From: a virus
Taxonomy: Duplodnaviria; Caudoviricetes
Length of the DNA stretch: 26,344 nucleotides
Reading direction: 5' to 3' (one strand)
IMG/VR virus record: IMGVR_UViG_3300032233_001718
Span: 1-26,344 of that record
The position numbers were made by a program, and so were the translations under genes. Below are positions 14,284 through 23,468 of the stretch, piece after piece; the first letter of the stretch is position 1, and every line of letters begins with the position of its first letter. A model generated the notes under the pieces. It saw only the letters and a list, made by a program, of their open reading frames with translations. It searched no databases and had not been told where the DNA came from.

Positions 14284-16314
14284 ATGCCAGCATTCGCAAC
14301 CAAGCAGGAGCTTGATGCTTTCATCACCGAAGCCATGCACGCGGCTTACGGATATCGCACGCAGTTGGCTCAGATCGTGGGCAAGTGCGAGTGCTACTTC
14401 GAGGGCATCCAGTACATTCAGGCAATCGGTTTCGACCGATTCGTGAATACGACCACGGGCAGACTGCTGGCTAGGTGGAATCCCGACCTTCCTTCATTGA
14501 GGGTGACGCACAACCATGTTACCGAGAAGGTCACCGTCGCTTCCGCTGCTACATATCCGACTGCGTTCGATGCCCAAATTGAACCTCCGATTCGAGATCA
14601 TGGTGTCGGTGCGGCAGTTGTTGCACAGACGTTGGAAGACACGCTTTCCGCGACGGTGAAACACAGCAACTTGCTGGAGGTTGCGCAGGACGCGAACCTC
14701 CGGCGTTGCATCGCTGGCACCTACGGCATCGGTCTTGGAATCAGGCAGTACAGCCGACCCGTCAACATGGGCGGTCAGACCGTTCAAGTCCCCAGCAAGG
14801 AAATCTTCGCGTTTGATATTCACCCAACGCGATTCATCCTTGACCCGTACCTGACTTCGCGTGATCTACGCCAACACAATTATGTCATCTACTACGACGT
14901 GTGGACGATTGACAAGTTGCGGGCGATGTACCCAGACGTGCAATGGGACCCTGATTCAATGTCAACCGTGGGGCAGCTCACGCCCTACGAGCAGAGCATC
15001 AGCACCCTCAGCAACGCCAGGCTGTTCGAGAAGTATCGCACGTTCTCGACAACCAAGGGTGCCATCGTCTACCAGATCCATCGCAAGGATGAGACTGGAA
15101 GGTTCGGTGAATACTACATCGTCGTCAAGACCAGAGACAAGGACATCAACTGGATCAATGAGGGTGATACGTCTACTCCATTCGGCGGCGATGGTTTACC
15201 ATTTGTGCTGCTTCATGGAAACCGTCGTGCAAACAGCATGTGGTCGATAGGCGACGTGTCGATGATTATGGATAGTCAGGACATGCTGAACCTGACGTAC
15301 ACCATGATTTTCCGTCACTTGCAGAAATACGTTTCGCCACAGTACATCGTGGATCGTCGTTGGTTCGGCATCAACGGCAGCAAGGAAGACTTCCGAAACC
15401 AGTTCACGAATCAGGTCGGTGGCTTGATCGTCGGTTCGCCGTCGAGCATGGACAAGAGCATCATGCCGCCGCAACTGATGAGCGGCACGCCGCCTCAGCC
15501 AGCTCTGTTTGAGTTGATTGATCGTTCATCCATGAAGATGCGGAACGACACGTTCCGCACTGAGATGAACGTCGGTGGCGGTGCCAAGAGCCACGTCCCC
15601 TTTCAGACCACCAATCTCCTTCTCAACGAAGGCGACCGCGTACTTGGCATCAGAACAACTGAGGACATCAAGGCATATGAGCAACTGCTTGGCGTGGCCC
15701 TAGGTACTCAGATCAAGCACGTCCAAGAGCAGTCAGCCGGTACGCTGGCGATGCTCAGCAGCGAAGGATTTGACGAGCAGGATATCACAATCCTCTTGCA
15801 GACAGACGTTTATGAGCCGACTGCAAAATTGCAGTTGGATGAGGCGAGCGTTCGCTACACCAGCAGCACCGAGCGTCGTCAAACCCTGACGGCGGCGTTG
15901 TCAGCCCAGGCTATCAGCCCCGCCGCCTACGTCCGTGGCATGGCTGAACTCGATCAGGCGTTGACCGAGGAGGATCGGTACATGCGGCAGGAGATTGAGA
16001 AAGCCGTCAATCGCTGCGTCATGGGTGAACCGTGGCAGCCCATGCCGCTCGGCCAATACAACGACTGGTGTTTGAGCGTCCTAACACGGGCGCAGTTTGA
16101 CCGTCGAATCGTCTTTGATCCTGAATCAAAGATGCGAATTGCTCAGGCGATTCAAGCTCAACAGCAGATGCAAGTGCAAGAGAAGTTGGCGGCTGATCCG
16201 GCATTCCAAGTCCAGCAAATGCAGCAACAGCAGCAAGCGGAGATGCAGCAACAACAGCAGCAACAGCAACCCCAAGTCACGCTGGCAGATATCCTGGCTG
16301 GCGTTGGAGGTTGA
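14284..16314 (+). CDS. Portal protein (P22-like, Gln-rich C-terminus)
   Basis: 676 aa after terL; YFEGIQY, NHVTEKV, IHPTRFILDP, LPFV...SMWSIGDVSMIMDSQDMLN portal-like motifs; polyQ tail. Confidence 0.85.
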   Translation: MPAFATKQELDAFITEAMHAAYGYRTQLAQIVGKCECYFEGIQYIQAIGFDRFVNTTTGRLLARWNPDLPSLRVTHNHVTEKVTVASAATYPTAFDAQIEPPIRDHGVGAAVVAQTLEDTLSATVKHSNLLEVAQDANLRRCIAGTYGIGLGIRQYSRPVNMGGQTVQVPSKEIFAFDIHPTRFILDPYLTSRDLRQHNYVIYYDVWTIDKLRAMYPDVQWDPDSMSTVGQLTPYEQSISTLSNARLFEKYRTFSTTKGAIVYQIHRKDETGRFGEYYIVVKTRDKDINWINEGDTSTPFGGDGLPFVLLHGNRRANSMWSIGDVSMIMDSQDMLNLTYTMIFRHLQKYVSPQYIVDRRWFGINGSKEDFRNQFTNQVGGLIVGSPSSMDKSIMPPQLMSGTPPQPALFELIDRSSMKMRNDTFRTEMNVGGGAKSHVPFQTTNLLLNEGDRVLGIRTTEDIKAYEQLLGVALGTQIKHVQEQSAGTLAMLSSEGFDEQDITILLQTDVYEPTAKLQLDEASVRYTSSTERRQTLTAALSAQAISPAAYVRGMAELDQALTEEDRYMRQEIEKAVNRCVMGEPWQPMPLGQYNDWCLSVLTRAQFDRRIVFDPESKMRIAQAIQAQQQMQVQEKLAADPAFQVQQMQQQQQAEMQQQQQQQQPQVTLADILAGVGG

Positions 16315-16373
16315 CGGCTATAGTTAGTGCGTCCTAACCCGCGATTATGCGGCGGACAATGAGGAACATGCAA

Positions 16374-17180
16374 ATGGCAGAGTTTGGAAACGCGGCAGGG
16401 CAACCCAACCAGGCCCCTCAACCCGCAAGGAACGATCTCTCTCAACCGCAGATCGACCAGAATGAGTTTGCACGCTTGCAACGTGACGCTCAACGTGCCC
16501 GTGGAATGCAACCGTACTTTGAGGCCGGATCACAATACGGCATCAAGACCCCCGATCAATTGCGTGAAGTCGGGGAACTCTACAAGACGATGAATGAGCA
16601 AGGCATCAAGCCTTCTCAACTCGCCCAAATGTTCGGTTCTCACGTCGCTCAAGTGAGCGGTTCCCCGGAAACTTTGAGCAAGGCTGACATCGAGCAAATC
16701 GTCGGAGAAAGGTTGTCGAAGGCTCAGGCTGACATGATCCGTCAGGCGGCCCAGAAGGAACACGATTCCGCCATCGACAACGAATACGGCGAATTCCTGC
16801 CGGAGAAGCTCAAGTCCGTGCTTGGCGAGAATGCAGACGATGCCCTTGTGGAACTCGCTCGTTACGCCGCCATCGGCAAGTACAGCGAAGTCCGCAGTCA
16901 GTACGGCGAAGATCACCCGCTCAAGGGAATGTTCGGCCCTGCTGGCAAGGAAGGGATCGGGTCGATTATGAACTGGTTGAAGGAATCGGGAACCAAGCTG
17001 AAGGCAAGTCAGTCTCTCGCTCTCGGTGCGGCGGCTCGCAAGACCCCCGCATCAACCCCTGCCGGTAATGGTTCCGGTCAGGGCAAACCCAGCAATGCAC
17101 CGGGTCGTCCCGGTGGACTCCCGAGTCGTGAACAGGTTGAGGCGTTCGCCGCCCAACTGCGTGCGAAGCGGGGCGTTTGA
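16374..17180 (+). CDS. Capsid scaffolding protein (putative)
   Basis: Between portal and capsid; helical and charged, P/G-rich linker and short C-terminal helix; GAGGA 16361-16365 favours ATG 16374 (ORF open from 16347). Confidence 0.72.
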   Translation: MAEFGNAAGQPNQAPQPARNDLSQPQIDQNEFARLQRDAQRARGMQPYFEAGSQYGIKTPDQLREVGELYKTMNEQGIKPSQLAQMFGSHVAQVSGSPETLSKADIEQIVGERLSKAQADMIRQAAQKEHDSAIDNEYGEFLPEKLKSVLGENADDALVELARYAAIGKYSEVRSQYGEDHPLKGMFGPAGKEGIGSIMNWLKESGTKLKASQSLALGAAARKTPASTPAGNGSGQGKPSNAPGRPGGLPSREQVEAFAAQLRAKRGV

Positions 17181-17197
17181 TATAAGGAGTCTGCCCA

Positions 17198-18595
17198 ATG
17201 GCAGCTGAACCGTATGATTCTGCATGGTTGCTCGAAGATGTTTCTAACATCATTCAGCAACAGTATTTCCCCGAATTCACCGAAGAAGCTCCGGGTCGTT
17301 TCGGCTCGGTGGTGAACAAGTATTTCAAGCCCTCGATGGATTCCATCACGGGCGACGGCAAGACGATGCAGGTCGAGATCGCCCCCGGCGATACCGTCCG
17401 CTTCGGCACCGACCCCCTCGGTGCGTTCGCTCAGCCCGACGTGTTCCAGGCTGGCGTGCTGAAGGTTCGCTTCAACAAGGCGACCCCCAGCGGCAACGAT
17501 TTCAGCCACATCTCTGCTTCGTGCCAAACCAACGACATCGACCTTGAAGTTGCCGGTCGCGGCAGCATCATCGACTTCGTTGAACGCATGTTCAAGCAGG
17601 TGATGCCTGAGTATGACGAGAAGCTGGCGATTCACCGCCACCTTGCTCGTTCGTGTCAGGTCGGCACCGTCAACGGCACCGTCAAGCAGAACAACACCTA
17701 CTACTACGCCGATGCTTCGGCCACGGCGAGCAACGCCAACGGTGCCCGCTTCCAAGTGAGCAACGGCAGCATCTCGTACTTTCGCGCCGGTACTCGCATC
17801 GACATCTACAACGGCGCAACGCTTGTTGCTGGTAACGTCGCCGTGACTGACTCGAACCCCGCCGATCTCAGCGTCGGCGTTCAGTTTGTCAGCGGAAGCA
17901 ATCCAGTTCGCAACAGCACCGGCGACCTCGCCAATGTTGCGACCGGCTACAGCATCTATTACACTGGCGAAAAGAACGCTGGCATGTATTCGCTCGGCGC
18001 GTACTTCTCCAGCCCCACCACCAGCGACTCGTTCATTGGTGGCGTGAACCGCACTGACAAGTCAAACCGCTGGCTGATTCCCGTGACGACCCGTGCGGGT
18101 CAAACGTCGGCCACCCTGACCAAGAGCATGATCGACGATCTTGCTGTTGCGATGGGCTACCGCGACGAGGATGAGCAGGGCGTGGTCATCACCACCTCGC
18201 CGGATCTTCACCAGAAGATTCGTAACGAGTACACCGAAGCCGCGTTCCTCAACATCCCCGATGGCGACAACCGCACCAAGCGTTTCGCCAACTTCGGCAC
18301 CCTGGGCCTGAACTATCAGCACCCGGTGTTTGGTCTTGTGAAGGTCATGTCTGACGTGCTTCACACCCCGAACACGGTTCGCGTCATCGTCCCCGAGACT
18401 TGGCGTTCGCTGTACTACGGCTTCCGTGGCCTGAAGATGATGCCCGGCACCAAGGGCGGCTGGTACCGCGTGACGGAGACCACTCCGAACACCGGCCTCA
18501 GCAAGATTTGGAAGTGCGATTGGTACGCTCTGCAAACGGACTGGTGCAGCCAGCCGTGGAAGAACGGCCAGATCCTCAACGTCAGTGCCACCTAA
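17198..18595 (+). CDS. Major capsid protein
   Basis: Strong SD TAAGGAG, strong codon bias, 465 aa, follows scaffold; LTKSMIDDL...VVITTSPDL..KI and GGVNRT...W patterns typical of HK97-fold capsids; central insertion domain. Confidence 0.87.
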   Translation: MAAEPYDSAWLLEDVSNIIQQQYFPEFTEEAPGRFGSVVNKYFKPSMDSITGDGKTMQVEIAPGDTVRFGTDPLGAFAQPDVFQAGVLKVRFNKATPSGNDFSHISASCQTNDIDLEVAGRGSIIDFVERMFKQVMPEYDEKLAIHRHLARSCQVGTVNGTVKQNNTYYYADASATASNANGARFQVSNGSISYFRAGTRIDIYNGATLVAGNVAVTDSNPADLSVGVQFVSGSNPVRNSTGDLANVATGYSIYYTGEKNAGMYSLGAYFSSPTTSDSFIGGVNRTDKSNRWLIPVTTRAGQTSATLTKSMIDDLAVAMGYRDEDEQGVVITTSPDLHQKIRNEYTEAAFLNIPDGDNRTKRFANFGTLGLNYQHPVFGLVKVMSDVLHTPNTVRVIVPETWRSLYYGFRGLKMMPGTKGGWYRVTETTPNTGLSKIWKCDWYALQTDWCSQPWKNGQILNVSAT

Positions 18596-18609
18596 GGCAT
18601 CCCTCCTCC

Positions 18610-18644
18610 CTGCCCTGTTTGCCGTAAAGGTGACGGGGCGGTTT
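18610..18644 (+). terminator. Stem-loop after major capsid gene
   Basis: CTGCCCTGTTTGCC-GTAAA-GGTGACGGGGCGG imperfect stem followed by TTT. Confidence 0.55.
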
Positions 18645-18647
18645 CAA

Positions 18648-19091
18648 ATGCTTGACAACCGCTTCCCTTGGCTCTGTAGGATCGACGAGGCTCCGGTGTG
18701 CTTTACTGACCGCAAGCGTGCCCAACGCTTCATTGCGGCTCTGAACGCACGCACCGGGGTCAATGGCTGCTTCAACCGCCGCACGGGTGGATTGTTTCTC
18801 TACTACGGTGCGTCCCCGAATCACGGTCCTTGCGAGATCCCGTTCGCAAGTGACCACGGCTGGAAGTTGGATAGCCACGATATCGACGAGACTGTTCGGG
18901 CGTTGCAGTACGGCCACCGCTCCAGGCAGGAGAAGGTTGAGCAGGAGCAACGCAAGGAGGCCGAGGAGAAGTACAATCAAGACGTGCAGACTCAGCAGTT
19001 CCTTGACAATAACCGCAAGGGGGCTGAGGACACGGCGGCGTTCCTCGACAGGAAACGCCGGGGAGTCGGCAAGGTTTCAATCGCAACTTGA
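18648..19091 (+). CDS. Hypothetical protein
   Basis: ATG 18648 after hairpin; charged helical C-terminus. Confidence 0.7.
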   Translation: MLDNRFPWLCRIDEAPVCFTDRKRAQRFIAALNARTGVNGCFNRRTGGLFLYYGASPNHGPCEIPFASDHGWKLDSHDIDETVRALQYGHRSRQEKVEQEQRKEAEEKYNQDVQTQQFLDNNRKGAEDTAAFLDRKRRGVGKVSIAT

Positions 19092-19106
19092 AAGGAAGAT
19101 ACTTCA

Positions 19107-19490
19107 ATGATACAGGCACGGGTCAACGAACTGCTTGGCGGCGCACCGAGCATTCAATCCATTTCCATCACAAGCGCAACGCAAGTGATTGCCATTCCTG
19201 ACGGAAGCTCATGGATTGAGTTGAGCAACACCACCGCCGGATCAATCACGCTTGGCGCGTCCAACGCGATTTTCTCTTGTGCCCCATCGTCGCGGCACAG
19301 AATCGTGTTTCTGTACAACGCTTATTCGGCAAGCGGACAAGATGTTGTCCTGACGACCACCGCCAACACGACGACGGCAGGATATTGCGACCTTGGGGCC
19401 AGCAACGTCACCCTCGGCACAACCGATGTACTTTGCCTTCGCATTCGTGGCGACGGCAGCGCAATCCGCGTGTTCAACACTGATAACTAA
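19107..19490 (+). CDS. Hypothetical virion protein (beta-rich, possible head decoration)
   Basis: S/T/A-rich, AAGGA RBS, downstream of capsid. Confidence 0.6.
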   Translation: MIQARVNELLGGAPSIQSISITSATQVIAIPDGSSWIELSNTTAGSITLGASNAIFSCAPSSRHRIVFLYNAYSASGQDVVLTTTANTTTAGYCDLGASNVTLGTTDVLCLRIRGDGSAIRVFNTDN

Positions 19491-19554
19491 TCCGATCATG
19501 TTGATCGGTAAACACGGACGCACCCCGTAAATAGGTGCAAGACAGGAGATTCAC

Positions 19555-20184
19555 ATGAGTACTCGTACGATTGACACGAACAAGCTCGTCAATGGCTACG
19601 TCAGCCAAGGCTGGTACAACGGTCGCAAGGCGACCACCGTTCGCCAGCGTTGCAACCTGACGTACGGTTCTTACTTCGCCCTCAACTACACCCTTCCCGC
19701 CCGCTCTCGCATTGTTTGGGCTGAGATGCTGGTCAACAGCACCGTGACCGCCGGTACGGTTACGGGCGGTCCCGCCGCCGCCGCCGCCGCCGGTGTTGGT
19801 CTGTTTGTGTTCCCGCCCGCCGCCACCGCCAGCACTCCCATCACCACTCCTCCCAACACGGCGACCCAAGCGTTTACCAGTTTCTCGGGCGGCACCAGCG
19901 GATATCTGGTTTCGACCACGCCTGATTTCACGACGGCTGTAACTTCGCAGGTTCGCGGCATTCCCCAGGTCTATGCGACCAATGCCTCGAATATCCCGCA
20001 CAACCCGCAGACCGCTGGCGCGATGATTGCGCTGATGCCCATTTCCACGGCTGCCACCGGCCTGATTGCGTATCCGGCTGCGACCGGCTACTACTTCGGC
20101 ACGGCTGCCACGGTGACTGCCGCCGGTCAGATCGACGTGACTCTCTACATCGAGGAATACGAGCAGGCTCCCTACGCTTCGTGA
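19555..20184 (+). CDS. Hypothetical virion protein (possible capsid cement/decoration)
   Basis: SD AGGAG; TLPARSRIV...V and TAAGQIDVTLY patterns typical of jelly-roll head decoration proteins; T/A-rich. Confidence 0.6.
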   Translation: MSTRTIDTNKLVNGYVSQGWYNGRKATTVRQRCNLTYGSYFALNYTLPARSRIVWAEMLVNSTVTAGTVTGGPAAAAAAGVGLFVFPPAATASTPITTPPNTATQAFTSFSGGTSGYLVSTTPDFTTAVTSQVRGIPQVYATNASNIPHNPQTAGAMIALMPISTAATGLIAYPAATGYYFGTAATVTAAGQIDVTLYIEEYEQAPYAS

Positions 20185-20193
20185 CTTGTTCTG

Positions 20194-20216
20194 TGGACGT
20201 GGTACAATCCCGTCCA
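20194..20216 (+). promoter_or_regulatory. Extended -10 promoter flanked by an inverted repeat
   Basis: TG-G-TACAAT (20200-20208), 8 nt before ATG 20217, no SD; TGGACG (20194-20199)/CGTCCA (20211-20216). Confidence 0.55.
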
Positions 20217-21713
20217 ATGAACACGACACAAATCAACAACGGCGACAAGGGCGATTCCAGCAATGGAGTCGCCCTTTCTTCTGATATTGAATGGCTTTTC
20301 AACAGAGAAGGCGGATGGCAATTCGGTGAGGCTGGAGTCATTCAAGCCGTCGCATCAAAGCTTGATTGCAACAAGATCGCAGTCGAGTTTGGTGGAGGTC
20401 ATTCATCTCGAAAGATCACGGTTCAACGATTGATTGGCGAGGGATGGAATGTCATTCTGTTTGAGGGAAACGATGAATGCTTTGACAATTTGAAGTCTGA
20501 AACAGAAGGCATGAAGAACGTCAAGGTATTCAACAAGAACGTATCCGTTGAAGGAGCGGATTGCATCGAATCTTGTCTCGATCAGGTTCAATGCCAATCG
20601 CCTGACGTTTTTGTAATCGACGTTGACGGCAATGATATTGAATACATGCAGAGCATGAAGATTCGGCCCAAGGTTCTTTGCATTGAACACCATGACGTTT
20701 GCGACCCGAGCATCAATCACCTTGAGCCTGTAATCCCCGACAAGTCTGAATACGGCAAGTACAACAAGAGCGGGTATGCAATTCAGGCGAACATCGCCGC
20801 CGTCAACAATCTTGCTGAACAGATTGGGTACAAGAGAGTTTGGAGCAACAGAATCAACAGCATTTTCGTGCTGAATGATTTGTACGAAACAGTTGCCAAG
20901 ATCCCTGAAGATCAGCCTGAAGACGTGTATGACTACGACGCTTTTGGGTGCAAGCGAAATTGGATGAAGATTGAAAATCCCAAGGTCAGTCTGATTCTTA
21001 GTCAGCCGAGACTTTGCTTCACGGATCATTCGGATCGAATCACCGCACTTGCCTCATCTCTCAAGTTCAACACGTTCAGGTCGGTTGGTGCGTTTTGGGA
21101 CAGAGACATTGAGATGACGACGAAAAACGCGATTGTCGTTGACAATCCTGACTTCTTGTTGTACAGCGACTACGACAGCGTGTTTAATCCCGAAGACGTT
21201 TTCAAACTCCTTGAGGTCATCAACAACGATTCAACCATTGCCGCCATCGGTTCGGTGCAGATGAGCCGACATGATGACAGGCCGCTGGTGTTTGAGGCTG
21301 ACAGAGACTACTCCAAGACAACGACCAAGGTTGACTATCAACACTTTGGATTGACGCTGATTCGCCGCCAAGTCTTTGAGGAACTTCCTCAGCCTTGGTT
21401 CTGGTGTACCCCTGGAATGTGGCCCAATGGTCGAGTTGGATGGGATGCCCCGGGCCGAAGTGACGCTGACATCACGTTCTGGCGACTGCTTCGCAACGCC
21501 AACATGAAGGTCGTTCAGCACAACGAGGTCGTCATCGGTCACATGGTTCTGTGCGTCAAGTGGCCCAAGGACACCGGCTACGGCGTGCAGCTCCAGCCCA
21601 TTGAAATGTACAACCGTCACGGAAAGCCGAAGACTGCTACGATCAACCAAGAAATCTACCGGCTGAGAATGGCGGAGGAGGCTAAGCGAAAGCAGGAGCA
21701 GACCAATGGCTGA
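20217..21713 (+). CDS. FkbM-like SAM-dependent methyltransferase fused to GT2-like (GT-A fold) glycosyltransferase
   Basis: N-half: QFGEAGVI, AVEFGGG, GWNVILFEGN, DVFVIDVDGND, RPKVLCIE. C-half: FLLYSDYD (DxD), HFGLTLIRRQVFEELPQPWF, DADITFW, IGH. Confidence 0.82.
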   Translation: MNTTQINNGDKGDSSNGVALSSDIEWLFNREGGWQFGEAGVIQAVASKLDCNKIAVEFGGGHSSRKITVQRLIGEGWNVILFEGNDECFDNLKSETEGMKNVKVFNKNVSVEGADCIESCLDQVQCQSPDVFVIDVDGNDIEYMQSMKIRPKVLCIEHHDVCDPSINHLEPVIPDKSEYGKYNKSGYAIQANIAAVNNLAEQIGYKRVWSNRINSIFVLNDLYETVAKIPEDQPEDVYDYDAFGCKRNWMKIENPKVSLILSQPRLCFTDHSDRITALASSLKFNTFRSVGAFWDRDIEMTTKNAIVVDNPDFLLYSDYDSVFNPEDVFKLLEVINNDSTIAAIGSVQMSRHDDRPLVFEADRDYSKTTTKVDYQHFGLTLIRRQVFEELPQPWFWCTPGMWPNGRVGWDAPGRSDADITFWRLLRNANMKVVQHNEVVIGHMVLCVKWPKDTGYGVQLQPIEMYNRHGKPKTATINQEIYRLRMAEEAKRKQEQTNG

Positions 21714-22821
21714 CTTTGCGTACGGGACAGAGGTGCAGAATCAGATTGCCTACGCCCTGTTCGGCGGCAACTACTCGTCCCTGACTTCCGATCAGAAGGC
21801 CGCGTTGGATGGAACTCAATCAACCTCGCCCCCGACCAAGGGGTTTGCGTTGTTGGCGTGGCAGCAGGTCGGTCAGATTGCCCAATGGTGGTATCAGGCC
21901 GGGGCGACGACCACCCCCGACGTGTGGCAGCACTGGTTCGTTGCTAGAGCCTGCAAGCTCATGGCGGTGCAGTACCGCCCAGACCGCTACGCCTTGTTCA
22001 AGGAGATGGACGAGGCGGCTCAGGCATCGGCCATCAAGTCCTTCCAGAAGGAAGCGGCGACGGGCAGCACCGTCAGCACCCAGGCCACGACGACCAACAT
22101 CCAGACGGTCAGGTACGAGACAATGCAGGCGGCCATCAACCGCTCACCGTCAATCTTCCTGTCTCCGGCTGAGATCGACTCCGCGACCCTGCGGTGCCTC
22201 CGCATCCTGTGGAATCAGGCCGACTGGCTGTTCCGTCGCCGCGAGGTCACGATGACGCTGGCGACCGACTCCACCGTCACGTTCACCCCCTCGGTCAGTT
22301 TCGATTCGTTTGTTTCGACCAGGCTCACCTACACCGACGCTTCGGGCTACGGCATCCACTGTTTCTGGGCCGACCCCGACAAGTTTGCCGACGTTGCCAC
22401 ACTGAACGTATCCCAAACGGGCCGGCCCATGTTCTTCCGCGTGACGCAGGCCACGCCGACCACGTTCACTTGGCAGTTTGCACCGGCACCGGATCAGGAA
22501 TACACGCTTCGGTCTTTGGTCAACATCCAGGGTCCGGCAGATCCATCAAACGCCACGGACACCACGCCCTTTGATTTGTTCCCGGTGGAGTTCCATCAGA
22601 TCATCCGCGACTGGGTATTGGGCGAGTGCTTGTCGAAGCGTGACGGCCAAGCCAAGGCTGACGGCAACGAACTCCGTAAGCGTTGCCAAGACGAGCTGGA
22701 ACGGCTTGCCACCAAGTTTGCCGACATTGGCAACGTGACCACGGATGCAGGTTCAGTCCGCGACGTGTACAATGACCTGCAATACTTCGGCAACTACAAC
22801 ATGCTCGGCGGTGCAATGTGA
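21706..22821 (+). CDS. Head-tail adaptor / neck protein
   Basis: DWLFRRRE, GRPMFF, FAPAPDQEYTL, FPVEFHQII motifs typical of phage adaptor proteins; synteny. Confidence 0.72.
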   Translation: MADFAYGTEVQNQIAYALFGGNYSSLTSDQKAALDGTQSTSPPTKGFALLAWQQVGQIAQWWYQAGATTTPDVWQHWFVARACKLMAVQYRPDRYALFKEMDEAAQASAIKSFQKEAATGSTVSTQATTTNIQTVRYETMQAAINRSPSIFLSPAEIDSATLRCLRILWNQADWLFRRREVTMTLATDSTVTFTPSVSFDSFVSTRLTYTDASGYGIHCFWADPDKFADVATLNVSQTGRPMFFRVTQATPTTFTWQFAPAPDQEYTLRSLVNIQGPADPSNATDTTPFDLFPVEFHQIIRDWVLGECLSKRDGQAKADGNELRKRCQDELERLATKFADIGNVTTDAGSVRDVYNDLQYFGNYNMLGGAM

Positions 22822-23021
22822 GTATGCAGGCGTTCATCGACATGATTCAGCAACATGCCGAGGCGAAGCGGCAAGTGATGCTGGCTGACGTTGCAAGAAA
22901 GTTCAACGCCAGCATCAACGGCAACTCTCTTGAATTGCCGGACGGTTCGATGGAAAGAGAATACAAGCAGGGCGCGTTCATTTCGCAGACGCTTTCTGAG
23001 GCCAACATCAAACCCAAATGA
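22818..23021 (+). CDS. Hypothetical protein (neck region)
   Basis: Overlapping start/stop at both ends; 67 aa. Confidence 0.65.
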   Translation: MSMQAFIDMIQQHAEAKRQVMLADVARKFNASINGNSLELPDGSMEREYKQGAFISQTLSEANIKPK

Positions 23022-23467
23022 GTTGCGAATCGGAAATCCTGACGGCGATCCTCAGCGTCATCACCGGCGACACGTCGGGCGGCTTTGCCGATTCCACTTC
23101 GACTTCGTATTGCCGAACCATCTACCGATTCGACGACCCGGACGGTGATAGAACCTTGAGCAACTGGCCGCAGCTCTACGTCGAGGTGCCAAACATCGGG
23201 GCGATGGATGCGTTCGGCGTGGGTGTGTATCAATGCGAGATCCGGTTTCACATCAAGACTGACCAAGACACCAACTTCGCCAACCACGACGCAATCGTCA
23301 AGCGGGTTCGAGACAAGTTTCACAGGCAGACATTGACGGCTGGGAGTGAGTTTGGTTTTTCGACTACTCGCATAGTCAGCGTCAACCGGCTCCAGCAGAT
23401 CAACAACAAGGAACTGCACACGGTCGTCAACGCCAGGCTAATCGCACGCACGAACTCGGGAATCTGA
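23018..23467 (+). CDS. Tail terminator / tail completion protein (putative)
   Basis: 149 aa; N-terminal helix AILSVITGD, WPQLYV, final beta strands; immediately before tail tube. Confidence 0.68.
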   Translation: MSCESEILTAILSVITGDTSGGFADSTSTSYCRTIYRFDDPDGDRTLSNWPQLYVEVPNIGAMDAFGVGVYQCEIRFHIKTDQDTNFANHDAIVKRVRDKFHRQTLTAGSEFGFSTTRIVSVNRLQQINNKELHTVVNARLIARTNSGI

Positions 23468-23468
23468 C

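Noticed and set aside
16222-16270. CAG/CAA run in portal as a contingency locus
   Set aside because: Mixed codons encoding the Gln-rich C-terminus known from P22-like portals; in-frame and not unusual.
16311-16340. Promoter upstream of scaffold (TTGACG)
   Set aside because: Good -35 but no convincing -10 at 16-18 bp spacing.
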